A stretch of 34,529 nt of DNA from an uncultured Saprospiraceae bacterium (GTDB lineage: Bacteria; Bacteroidota; Bacteroidia; Chitinophagales; Saprospiraceae): contig CAYZUW010000002.1 of the NCBI GenBank assembly GCA_964481325.1, positions 1-34,529 on the forward strand, read 5' to 3'. Position 1 is the first letter of the stretch. Each line of letters opens with the position of its first letter. Positions 8,456 to 17,633 of the stretch are shown here, in pieces. The position numbers and the translations under genes are program-made. Below the pieces are notes generated by a model, which made no database searches, was not told the origin of the DNA, and saw only the letters and a program-made list of their open reading frames with translations.

Positions 8456-10000
8456 ATGTTTAATTACGGAATAGATCATCTTACAGTCAAAATAGCCTTA
8501 TCCATTGCAAAAGGGGAAACAAAAGGGCAATTAAGTGCAGAAGCCATAAAGAATATCAAAGAAAGTAATGACGCCGTATTAACAATTGCACAGAATGAAA
8601 AAGTGGTATACGGAATCAACACAGGTTTTGGACCATTGTGCAATACGAAGATACCTAGCCAAGAAACCAGTCAATTGCAAACCAATATACTCCTCAGCCA
8701 TAGTGTTGGTGTAGGTGAGCCTATTGATCCCTTCATTGCAAAATTGATGCTCATACTAAAGGTGCAATCCTTGAGTAAGGGATACTCAGGCATTTCACTC
8801 AGTGTATTAGAGAGAATTCTTTGGCATATAGAAAATGATGTCATCCCAATAGTTCCTGAACAAGGTTCTGTTGGTGCTTCGGGAGACTTAGCCCCTCTTT
8901 CGCATCTATTTCTTCCGCTTATCGGTGAAGGACAGGTGGTGGTAAATGGTAAAGTGGTAGCGGCAGGTAAAGCGCTTAAAGCTCATAGTTTATCCCCTTT
9001 ATCACTTGAACCTAAAGCTGGCTTAGCCTTAATCAATGGGACACAATTCATCGCAGCCCATGCAGTCATGGTAGTAGACAATTTACACAATTGCCTTGAG
9101 CATGCTGATTTGATAGCTACATTAATGATAGAGGGATTGCAAGGATCAAAAATGCCTTTTCATCCCGAATTGCATAAAACAAGACCATACTCAGGTAATA
9201 CCTATGTTGCTCAAAAAATCAACAAACTACTCGAGGATTCTGAGATAATGGAAGCCCATAAAAATTGTGGAAGGGTACAAGATCCCTACTCTCTGCGTTG
9301 TGTACCTCAAGTACATGGTAGTTCAAGATCAGCTTGGTTACATTTAAAAGAAGCCGTCGAAATTGAATTAAATTCTGTTACAGATAATCCTATTGTATTT
9401 TCAAAAGACTTTACTATCAGTGGAGGCAATTTCCATGGACAGCCTTTAGCACTTCCTTTAGATTACGCTTGTTTAGCGGCAGCAGAACTAGGCAATATAT
9501 CTGACCGAAGAGCTTACTTGTCACTAGAAGGAAAAGCTGATGGCGTACCTAAACTATTGATGCAAAATACTGGACTCAATTCTGGTTTTATGATTGTACA
9601 GTATACAGGTGCGGCTTTAGTAAGCGAAAATAAAGGACTTTGTTTTCCTGCTAGTGCAGACAGTATACCTACTTCTTTAGGACAAGAAGACCACGTCAGT
9701 ATGGGATCAATAAGCGGTAGAAAAGCGCTTCGAGTTTGCTATAATTTGGAGAGAATTTTGGCGGTAGAACTCTTATGTGCTGCTCAAGCTATGGACTTTC
9801 ATCGACCTTTAAAGTCTAGCCGTACCGTTGAATCATTGCATAAAGAAATCAGAAAGCACATTAGCCATGCAGATGTAGACAGAATATTCGGAGATGACAT
9901 AAATAAAGCCATTCAAATAATCAAAAGTAGATCACTTGTAAAACTGGCAAAAGATAAAGAAACAGCAGACCAACCACTCCAAAAATTATTTAGCCTCTAA
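8456..10000 (+). CDS. hutH: Histidine ammonia-lyase
   Basis: 514 aa. MIO-forming motif GSVGASGDLAPLSH, and HAL/PAL family sequence throughout. Confidence 0.95.
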   Translation: MFNYGIDHLTVKIALSIAKGETKGQLSAEAIKNIKESNDAVLTIAQNEKVVYGINTGFGPLCNTKIPSQETSQLQTNILLSHSVGVGEPIDPFIAKLMLILKVQSLSKGYSGISLSVLERILWHIENDVIPIVPEQGSVGASGDLAPLSHLFLPLIGEGQVVVNGKVVAAGKALKAHSLSPLSLEPKAGLALINGTQFIAAHAVMVVDNLHNCLEHADLIATLMIEGLQGSKMPFHPELHKTRPYSGNTYVAQKINKLLEDSEIMEAHKNCGRVQDPYSLRCVPQVHGSSRSAWLHLKEAVEIELNSVTDNPIVFSKDFTISGGNFHGQPLALPLDYACLAAAELGNISDRRAYLSLEGKADGVPKLLMQNTGLNSGFMIVQYTGAALVSENKGLCFPASADSIPTSLGQEDHVSMGSISGRKALRVCYNLERILAVELLCAAQAMDFHRPLKSSRTVESLHKEIRKHISHADVDRIFGDDINKAIQIIKSRSLVKLAKDKETADQPLQKLFSL

Positions 10001-10010
10001 TTTTTCAATA

Positions 10011-12038
10011 ATGATAAATACAACATTGAGTTTTAAAGACCAGATATTGCAAGGAATTCCAAAAGAAATTCCAGCAAAGAGAATATATCCAAAAGATGCA
10101 AATCGTGCTCCCAAAAGAAAGAATATACTTAATCAAGATGAAAAAAAATTAGCCTTAGAAAATGCATTGCGTTATTTTCCGAAAGCATGGCATTCTGAAT
10201 TAGCCATTGAATTTTTGCAAGAGCTTAACGATTTGGGAAGAATCTATATGCATAGATTTAAGCCATCCTATAAAATATACGCTAGATCGATTGAAGAATA
10301 TCCTGCACAATCCAAACAAGCAGCAGGAATTATGCTCATGATTCAAAACAATCTGGACCCTGCTGTAGCGCAGCATCCAGAGGAGTTGATTACCTATGGA
10401 GGAAATGGTGCTGTATTTCAAAATTGGGCTCAGTATCTGCTCACTATGCAATACTTGGCAAAGATGAGCGACAGGCAAACCCTCCATATGTATTCTGGAC
10501 ATCCCATGGGCTTGTTCCCTTCTTCTAAGGATGCGCCGAGAGTTGTTGTGACAAATGGAATGATGATCCCCAATTATTCGAAGCCCGACGATTGGGAAAA
10601 GTATAATGCCCTAGGGGTTACCCAATATGGTCAAATGACTGCAGGCTCATACATGTATATAGGCCCACAGGGTATAGTGCATGGGACAACTATCACTGTG
10701 ATGAATGCCTTCAGGAAGGTGCTACCAGCCGGTGAAGACAGCCACGGAAAAATATTCTTGACAGCTGGGTTAGGGGGAATGAGTGGCGCTCAACCAAAGG
10801 CGGGCAATATCGCAGGTTGTATAACCATCTGTGCAGAAGTAAACCATAATGCAGCTCAGAAGAGATATGACCAAGGATGGGTAGATGTGCTCGTCGGAAA
10901 CTTAGACGACCTTATCAATCGTGTAAAAATAGCACAAGAAAACAAGGAGGTTGTTTCTATTGCTTTTCAAGGAAATATCGTAGATGTATGGGAGAGATTT
11001 GAAGTAGAGAACATTTATATCCATCTTGGTTCTGATCAAACTTCTTTACATAATCCTTGGTCTGGGGGCTACTACCCTGTTGGATTATCTTTCGAAGAAT
11101 CAAATATATTGATTAGAGAAAACCCAGAGAAGTTTAAAGATAAAGTAAAAACATCCTTACGCAGACATGTAGAAGCGATTAACAAACATACTAAAAAGGG
11201 GACCTACTTTTTTGACTACGGTAATGCGTTTTTACTAGAAGCATCCCGTGCAGGCGCAGACATTATGCATGAAAATGGAGTAGATTTCAAATACCCATCT
11301 TATGTCCAAGATATATTGGGGCCTATGTGCTTTGATTTTGGATTTGGACCTTTTCGATGGGTGTGTGCGTCCGGAAACAGAGATGACCTCGACAAGACAG
11401 ATGCTATTGCAGCCAACATTTTGAAGAACCTGCAGAAGACGGCACCGGTTGAAATACAGCAACAATTACAGGATAATATCACATGGATTGAAGAAGCCAA
11501 AAAGAACAAACTAGTCGTTGGTTCTCAAGCTAGAATTTTATACGCTGATTCGGATGGTCGAATCCAGATCGCGAAAGCATTTAATGACGCTATCCAGTCA
11601 GGCGAGTTGTCGGGACCTGTTATATTAGGAAGAGATCATCATGATGTAAGTGGAACTGATTCTCCTTTTAGAGAGACAAGTAATATCTATGATGGAAGTA
11701 AATTTACAGCGGACATGGCCATTCACAATGTGATTGGCGATAGCTTTAGAGGCGCTACATGGGTTTCTATACACAATGGTGGTGGAGTTGGTTGGGGCGA
11801 GGTTATGAATGGTGGTTTTGGAATGTTATTAGATGGGAGTCCAGAGGCTAAAGAACGTTTACAAAAAATGTTATTTTATGATGTTAACAATGGAATAGCA
11901 AGAAGAAGTTGGGCACGAAATGAAAACTCTTTAATTGCCATTCGCCGTCAAATGGAGAAAACTCCAAATCTTGAAGTCACCTTACCAACTTTGGTAGAGC
12001 CCAATTTGTTAGATGAAATAATAAATAAAAAAGTATGA
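10011..12038 (+). CDS. hutU: Urocanate hydratase
   Basis: 675 aa. GLGGMSGAQPKA and other urocanase blocks. Begins 10 bp after hutH. Confidence 0.95.
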   Translation: MINTTLSFKDQILQGIPKEIPAKRIYPKDANRAPKRKNILNQDEKKLALENALRYFPKAWHSELAIEFLQELNDLGRIYMHRFKPSYKIYARSIEEYPAQSKQAAGIMLMIQNNLDPAVAQHPEELITYGGNGAVFQNWAQYLLTMQYLAKMSDRQTLHMYSGHPMGLFPSSKDAPRVVVTNGMMIPNYSKPDDWEKYNALGVTQYGQMTAGSYMYIGPQGIVHGTTITVMNAFRKVLPAGEDSHGKIFLTAGLGGMSGAQPKAGNIAGCITICAEVNHNAAQKRYDQGWVDVLVGNLDDLINRVKIAQENKEVVSIAFQGNIVDVWERFEVENIYIHLGSDQTSLHNPWSGGYYPVGLSFEESNILIRENPEKFKDKVKTSLRRHVEAINKHTKKGTYFFDYGNAFLLEASRAGADIMHENGVDFKYPSYVQDILGPMCFDFGFGPFRWVCASGNRDDLDKTDAIAANILKNLQKTAPVEIQQQLQDNITWIEEAKKNKLVVGSQARILYADSDGRIQIAKAFNDAIQSGELSGPVILGRDHHDVSGTDSPFRETSNIYDGSKFTADMAIHNVIGDSFRGATWVSIHNGGGVGWGEVMNGGFGMLLDGSPEAKERLQKMLFYDVNNGIARRSWARNENSLIAIRRQMEKTPNLEVTLPTLVEPNLLDEIINKKV

Positions 12039-12640
12039 GTTGGATAGACATAATAAACTATAAAGACGCAGTCGGAAATTTGAAAAAATTATATGACCGT
12101 GTCAAGGGTCCTAATGATAATGTAGACAACGTACTTGCGATTCACAGTTTACGTCCCCATACCTTGTCTGCGCATATGGGACTTTACAAAGCTGTCTTAC
12201 ACCATTCAGGCAATACACTCCCAAAATGGTACTTAGAGACGCTTGGCGTTTTTGTAAGCAGGCTTAACCAATGTGATTATTGTGTAGACCATCATAGTGC
12301 AGGCCTAAAAAGACTTTTAGATGATGATATAAAGTATACAGCTATTACAAAGGCTATTGATAATGATACCCCTATAAGCATATTAGATAAAAAATGGCTT
12401 GCTGGAATACAGTATGCCAGGACCCTAACCCAAGCTCCAGCGAAGCTTCAAAAAGAAAATATTTCATCTTTGAGAAATGTTGGTTTTACGGATGGAGAAA
12501 TTTTAGAAATAAATCAACTGACAAGTTATTTTAACTATGTCAATAGGTCTGTAATAGGTTTAGGAGTAAGTACTAAGGGAGACATTCTAGGTCTTTCACC
12601 AAACAATAATAACGATCCAAATAACTGGTCACATGCATAA
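12035..12640 (+). CDS. AhpD/carboxymuconolactone-decarboxylase (CMD)-fold, peroxidase-related protein
   Basis: 201 aa with the AhpD-like CxxC core CDYCVDHH. ATGA overlap with the hutU stop and 8-bp overlap with the hutI start. Confidence 0.75.
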   Translation: MSWIDIINYKDAVGNLKKLYDRVKGPNDNVDNVLAIHSLRPHTLSAHMGLYKAVLHHSGNTLPKWYLETLGVFVSRLNQCDYCVDHHSAGLKRLLDDDIKYTAITKAIDNDTPISILDKKWLAGIQYARTLTQAPAKLQKENISSLRNVGFTDGEILEINQLTSYFNYVNRSVIGLGVSTKGDILGLSPNNNNDPNNWSHA

Positions 12641-13874
12641 TGAATCCCTAAGATTATTAGGTCCTTTTAAGCAAATTTTACCAATGACAGGTCTTGCAAA
12701 AAAAGGTGCCCTAAAAGATGAGCAATTAACTATCATCGAAGACGGAGGAATTCTACTTCGCAATAACACCATTGTGAAAGTAGATAATTACAAGAGTCTA
12801 AAAGAGGAGAATCCAGATTGTAAACTAGAAACTACAGATAATGACTTAGTAGCTCTACCTGGCTTCATAGACGCGCACACACATATCTGTTTTGCAGGGA
12901 GCAGGTCTTTTGACTACGCTGCTAGAAACAATGGAAAAACATATCTTGAAATTTCTAAAGAAGGTGGTGGGATATGGAGTACAGTAAAGCATACGCGCGC
13001 TGCTAGTAAAGATGATTTAGTAGCGTTAATGCTTCCTAGAATGCAAAAGCAAATCTCGAATGGCATCACTTCTACTGAAGTCAAAAGTGGGTATGGATTA
13101 AACGTAGAACATGAGTTAAAAATGCTACGTGCCATAAAAGAAGCCAACTCAAATCACCCTTTAGATTTGATTGCCACTTGTCTTTCTGCCCATATTATTC
13201 CGAAAGAAAATGGAATCACTGAAGTAGAATATTTACAATTGATTCTAGAAGAAATAGAACCACAAATAGCATCTGAAGATTTGTGTAAACGATTTGATAT
13301 ATTTATTGAAGATGGTGCCTTCTCAAAAGAAGCTTCCATTGATTTTCTTTTGCAGCTCAAATCCAAGGGATATGAACTGACTGTACATGGAGACCAATTT
13401 AATGCAGGAGGAAGCAACGTGGCGATAACAGTTGGTGCCAAAAGTGTGGATCATCTAGAAGCAAGTGGTCATGATGAGATAGCGGCACTTGCCAAAAGTG
13501 ATGTTATTCCTGTTGCACTACCAGGAGCCACGATCGGTCTAGGTTGTGATTTCACTCCAGCAAGAAAGCTTTTAGATCAAGGATGTTCACTGGCTATTGC
13601 TAGTGATTGGAATCCCGGTTCAGCGCCACAAGGTAATTTGTTAAGTCAAGCAGCATTATTGGGTACCTTTCAAAAATTGAGTACTGCAGAGATTCTATCT
13701 GGAATTACCTATAGAGCAGCCAATGCCTTAGGTTTAAGCGATAGAGGGCAGTTAGGCCCAAGCTTAAAGGCTGATATTGTTGCTTTCCCCTGTAGTGACT
13801 ACAAAGAAATACTCTATCATCAAGGTGAGCTGAAAGCCAAACATGTTTGGAAAAACGGTGTTAAGCTTATTTAA
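12633..13874 (+). CDS. hutI: Imidazolonepropionase
   Basis: 413 aa amidohydrolase. GFIDAHTHI metal-binding HxH motif and HutI-like length and blocks. Confidence 0.93.
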   Translation: MHNESLRLLGPFKQILPMTGLAKKGALKDEQLTIIEDGGILLRNNTIVKVDNYKSLKEENPDCKLETTDNDLVALPGFIDAHTHICFAGSRSFDYAARNNGKTYLEISKEGGGIWSTVKHTRAASKDDLVALMLPRMQKQISNGITSTEVKSGYGLNVEHELKMLRAIKEANSNHPLDLIATCLSAHIIPKENGITEVEYLQLILEEIEPQIASEDLCKRFDIFIEDGAFSKEASIDFLLQLKSKGYELTVHGDQFNAGGSNVAITVGAKSVDHLEASGHDEIAALAKSDVIPVALPGATIGLGCDFTPARKLLDQGCSLAIASDWNPGSAPQGNLLSQAALLGTFQKLSTAEILSGITYRAANALGLSDRGQLGPSLKADIVAFPCSDYKEILYHQGELKAKHVWKNGVKLI

Positions 13875-13888
13875 ACACCCTGTTTTTT
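13857..13888 (+). terminator. Weak candidate terminator overlapping the hutI stop
   Basis: 6-bp stem ggtgtt (13857-62) / aacacc (13874-79) with an 11-nt loop, followed by ctg then T6 (13883-88). Confidence 0.3.
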
Positions 13889-13912
13889 CTACAGATACCT
13901 CATTTATATATT

Positions 13913-14046
13913 AATGGTTCGGTAATTTTTGGAAAATTATAAATCGACCAGCAGTAAATGCTTGGTTGTCAAGTGATTGTAAAGACTGTACAGATAGTTA
14001 TAATATTCTGGTTGTCAGCGATTTAAAATTTAATTACCGAACCATT
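13913..14046. repeat. Perfect 15-bp inverted repeat (aatggttcggtaatt / aattaccgaaccatt) flanking a 104-bp spacer
   Basis: Arms at 13913-13927 and 14032-14046, read directly. The spacer holds a direct repeat tggttgtca (13963 and 14009) and a ctgtacag palindrome. Confidence 0.6.
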
Positions 14047-14141
14047 GTACATTAATTATTAAATTTTAGCATGTGTATAAGGGGCTATTGAAGGATTTTG
14101 GTGTAATATCTGCACAGTTTAGCTTATAAAAAGTACAAGAC

Positions 14142-15482
14142 ATGCAAAAGGTATTAATTATTGGAGCAGGCAGGTCTGCCACGTCCTTGATCAACTATAT
14201 GCTTGAAGAGGCAAAATCAAGGTCTTGGTTGATTACAGTTGCAGATTACAATCTAGACTTGGCAAAAGCTAAAATCAATGGATCGTACAAAGGTAAAGCA
14301 GTACAACTCGATATCCAAGATGAAGTCGCTCGCCAGTCACTTATACAAGAAAATGCGATTGTAATTTCTATGCTGCCAGCTCACATGCACCTTGTCGTAG
14401 CAAAAGATTGTTTGAAGTTCGAAAAACACATGATTACGGCTAGCTATATTACGGACGAAATCAAAGGGATGCATTCTGCTTTTCAAGAAAAAGGAATTTT
14501 ATTCATGGGCGAAATGGGTCTAGATCCTGGCATTGATCATATGTCTGCCATTAAAAAAATACACGAAATAAAAGCCCAAGGTGGAAAAATTACTAGTTTC
14601 AGAAGTTATACAGGAGGTATTATTGCTGAAGATTCTGACGATAATCCATGGCACTACAAATTCACTTGGAATCCAAGAAATGTAGTATTAGCAGGTCAAA
14701 GTGCTGCAAAATATTTAGTGGACGGAAAATTTACCTATGAACCTTATAGAAGGCTATTTAAAGATGCGCCTATAGTAGAGGTAAAAGAACTTGGAAATTT
14801 TGAGATGTATCCAAACAGAGATTCTCTCGACTATCAAGAAGTCTATGGCTTACAATCCACACCTAATTTATTAAGAGGTACACTCCGTAGACCTGGTTTT
14901 TGCAACGCTTGGAATGCGCTTATAAGCATTGGCTTGACGGCAGATACCTATAGTATTGACGATAGTAAAACGCTTAGTTATCACGACTGGGTAGAAGCCT
15001 ATGTAAGAAATCATCCTGGAAACAATATTCAAGAAAAAGTCGCTAACTTTTTAGAAATTGAAAAAAATCATAGGATAATGAAGCAATTAGAATGGCTTGA
15101 TTTATTTTCTGATCAAATTATTGATATAGAGAAAGCCACGCCTGCTCAAATATTGCAAAAGTTATTGATGCAAAAATGGACTCTAAAACCTGAAGATAAA
15201 GACCTCATTGTGATGCAGCACGAGTTTGAATACACCTTGGAAGGAGTACAAGACCAGTTGTTTTCAACCATGTTTATGGAAGGAAAAAACGCTACCCATA
15301 CGGCTATGTCAAAATTAGTAGGTCTGCCAATCGGCATATTTACCAAGCTTATGCTACTTCAAAAAGTATCGTTAACAGGTGTACATATTCCTGTTATAAA
15401 AAGCGTTTATGAAGAAGTTCTAAAAGAACTTGAAAAATTTGGCGTGAAATTTAAAGAAACGCAGTTGGCTTCTATCTCTTAA
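14142..15482 (+). CDS. Saccharopine dehydrogenase-family oxidoreductase (LYS9-like, NAD(P)-binding)
   Basis: 446 aa. N-terminal Rossmann motif KVLIIGAGRSATS. Saccharopine-reductase-like middle and C-terminal domains (GLDPGIDHM). Confidence 0.85.
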   Translation: MQKVLIIGAGRSATSLINYMLEEAKSRSWLITVADYNLDLAKAKINGSYKGKAVQLDIQDEVARQSLIQENAIVISMLPAHMHLVVAKDCLKFEKHMITASYITDEIKGMHSAFQEKGILFMGEMGLDPGIDHMSAIKKIHEIKAQGGKITSFRSYTGGIIAEDSDDNPWHYKFTWNPRNVVLAGQSAAKYLVDGKFTYEPYRRLFKDAPIVEVKELGNFEMYPNRDSLDYQEVYGLQSTPNLLRGTLRRPGFCNAWNALISIGLTADTYSIDDSKTLSYHDWVEAYVRNHPGNNIQEKVANFLEIEKNHRIMKQLEWLDLFSDQIIDIEKATPAQILQKLLMQKWTLKPEDKDLIVMQHEFEYTLEGVQDQLFSTMFMEGKNATHTAMSKLVGLPIGIFTKLMLLQKVSLTGVHIPVIKSVYEEVLKELEKFGVKFKETQLASIS

Positions 15483-15701
15483 CACCAATTAAGATACTTA
15501 TACTCAACGAAAAGTAGCTTGGGACTTTTCTGCTATTTCTTTTGCCCGCTATCTACGTTGAAAATACTCCTTGATGCTAAGGCATCAACTCCGTTTTTCG
15601 CCTTGATAGCAGTCAAAATAAATTCGCATAAATTGTCCCAAACCATATTCCGTTGAGTATACTTGATAAAAAGTGTTTTCTTTGCATCGTTGCCTAAATA
15701 A

Positions 15702-16970
15702 TATACGATCATCGAACAGCTCAAGCAATTACTTAATTCTTCTTTTTTTAAAGGCGCCGGAGTTCTATTTTCTGGTGGTGGAATAGCTAGACTCATAACA
15801 TTTGCGGCAATTCCAATATTAAGCAGGTGGTATTCCTTGGAGTCTTTTGGACTATGGGGCACATTCATGGCACTAATGATGATTGGGAAGGCTATCGCAA
15901 ACGGTGGCTTTCATGTATGTTTAATGCTTCCTGAAAACCAAGAAAAAGCAAAAACGCTATTGTCGCTATGTTATAAATTCAATTACCTAACCATTTTTGT
16001 CTCCATTGTAGCCATCCTAGGGCTCACTTATTTTGCTCCTACTATCATTCCTGAAGAACAATACCTATTGTTTGTAATAGGTCTGCCGCTAAGTATTTTT
16101 ATAGAAGGCAAATCTCAATCGGCTCACAGTTGGCTCAATAGGGATCAGAACTACACAGCGATGTCTAAAGGAGTTATTGGACAAACTATCATTACAGTTG
16201 CATTTCAATTATTATTTGGGTTTATTGGTTTAGAATGGAATGGACTAATCGTGGCTACGCTAATCGGTCAACTAGGCATAATGATACTTTATCTAAGATA
16301 TGCGAAACTCAGCTTTTTTATATCTGATACAAAGGAAAGGACTATTGAAGCGTTTAAAGAATATAAATCATTTTTGACTTTGGGGGTAAGTGGAAATCTA
16401 ATTAACAATGCTGCAAGCAATTTACCTTACGTTTTTTTTCTGGGTTCTTTTGGAGAAGCCTTAAATGGTCACTTTGCCATGGTACAACAAAGAGTATTAG
16501 CCGCTCCTATTAACTTAGTTTCTTCCGCCGTAAGTCCAGTATTTTTTAAAGAGGCAAACAAAGCGCATCTTTCACCTGATAATGAACTCCCACAGTTAGT
16601 CTACCGCTTTAACGCTATTATGTGGTTAATTATAGCACCTGCAGTTATATTAGTGGTGTTATGGGGCCCTCAAATATTCACCTTTATTCTGGGTGAACAA
16701 TGGCTAATAGCTGGAGAATATGCTAGATGGTTGGCGCCTTTAATGGCCGTGCGGTTTGTCAACAATCCTATGAGTTATTTGATTGACATTAAGAAAAAAC
16801 TAAGCGTTCAATTATACTACAATATATTTTTACTTATTTGCACTGTGGTTATTTTCTATACTCCGATATTAGGTCTTGATGATTTCACTACAATTAAAGT
16901 ATTCGGGGTTTCCTTTTTCATAATCCAGTCTTGTTTTCTAGCTTACTTGTATAGTCTAAGAAATGACTAA
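15702..16970 (+). CDS. Wzx/MOP-family oligosaccharide flippase; start codon unresolved
   Basis: Multi-TM protein with a polysaccharide-biosynthesis/flippase-like sequence. The ORF track starts at TTG 15837. The same frame is open from 15702 and encodes a flippase-type N-terminus and first TM helix (FFKGAGVLFSGGGIARLITFAAIPILSRW) with no ATG/GTG/TTG. Confidence 0.7.
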   Translation, partial: YTIIEQLKQLLNSSFFKGAGVLFSGGGIARLITFAAIPILSRWYSLESFGLWGTFMALMMIGKAIANGGFHVCLMLPENQEKAKTLLSLCYKFNYLTIFVSIVAILGLTYFAPTIIPEEQYLLFVIGLPLSIFIEGKSQSAHSWLNRDQNYTAMSKGVIGQTIITVAFQLLFGFIGLEWNGLIVATLIGQLGIMILYLRYAKLSFFISDTKERTIEAFKEYKSFLTLGVSGNLINNAASNLPYVFFLGSFGEALNGHFAMVQQRVLAAPINLVSSAVSPVFFKEANKAHLSPDNELPQLVYRFNAIMWLIIAPAVILVVLWGPQIFTFILGEQWLIAGEYARWLAPLMAVRFVNNPMSYLIDIKKKLSVQLYYNIFLLICTVVIFYTPILGLDDFTTIKVFGVSFFIIQSCFLAYLYSLRND

Positions 16971-17419
16971 GATTTCTTCTTTCTTCCGGCTTTAGAAATA
17001 AGCGTTTTACTATTCCGTTTGAGTGTTTTGATATACTTCACTTTTCTAAATCTCAAGGCGGACCAATCTGCATCGATAGCTACAATCCTGACTGGTTCAA
17101 AATCTGATTTGCCTATTTCTTGCCAGCCTTCGTCCCTGTTAATATCACTTTTGTACTTTTTTGATGATTTTTTTGGAAAACATACCCACAACAATGCGTC
17201 TCCGACCAACTGGTCTTTCACTTTTGCAAATATGGAATTCACTTCTTTTTGGGATACTGCAAATAACAATACAAAAGATATCTCTTTGACAGACAGTCTA
17301 CTAGCAATCTTAGCAAAAGGCTTCATAGCTTCTATATGAGCCTGAAATTCTGATGGGCTGTTGAGCACTAAGATTCGCTCCTGATCCTTAAAATTCAGCT
17401 TCTTGAAAAGTGGTGTCAT
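16967..17419 (-). CDS. Hypothetical protein with strongly basic C-terminal tail
   Basis: The ORF 16967-17488 probably starts at the internal ATG (MTPLFKKLNF...). I recognise no family with confidence. Stop codons of this gene and the flippase overlap (ctaa). Confidence 0.5.
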   Translation of the reverse strand: MTPLFKKLNFKDQERILVLNSPSEFQAHIEAMKPFAKIASRLSVKEISFVLLFAVSQKEVNSIFAKVKDQLVGDALLWVCFPKKSSKKYKSDINRDEGWQEIGKSDFEPVRIVAIDADWSALRFRKVKYIKTLKRNSKTLISKAGRKKKS

Positions 17420-17633
17420 ATTCGTCAAATTATAGCCAGTCTTTGTACTCAAAGGTCTAAAATCAAGCCTTACTTCAAAGTACCTCAATAAACTTAATCT
17501 AAATCGGCTAGATTCCTATTGAAAAAGCTCATATTAAAAAATTCTATAATATTTATAACATATTAAGAAAAATATTATTTATTTTCACCGTTCGAGTTTA
17601 TTTTATTGGAGCACTATTATATTCCCTGTCCAT

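Noticed and set aside
15499-15661. 11-bp inverted repeat tatactcaacg / cgttgagtata flanking 141 bp upstream of the flippase (possible inverton)
   Set aside because: The arms are short with little extension. There is no TAnnTTTG box in either orientation within the spacer and no recombinase nearby. It could be chance in AT-rich DNA.
15533-15868. 111-aa minus-strand ORF between the saccharopine dehydrogenase and flippase genes
   Set aside because: Its 5' half is antisense to the conserved flippase N-terminus (15702-15868). A shorter 59-codon version (ATG at 15712) cannot be excluded, but it has no recognisable features.
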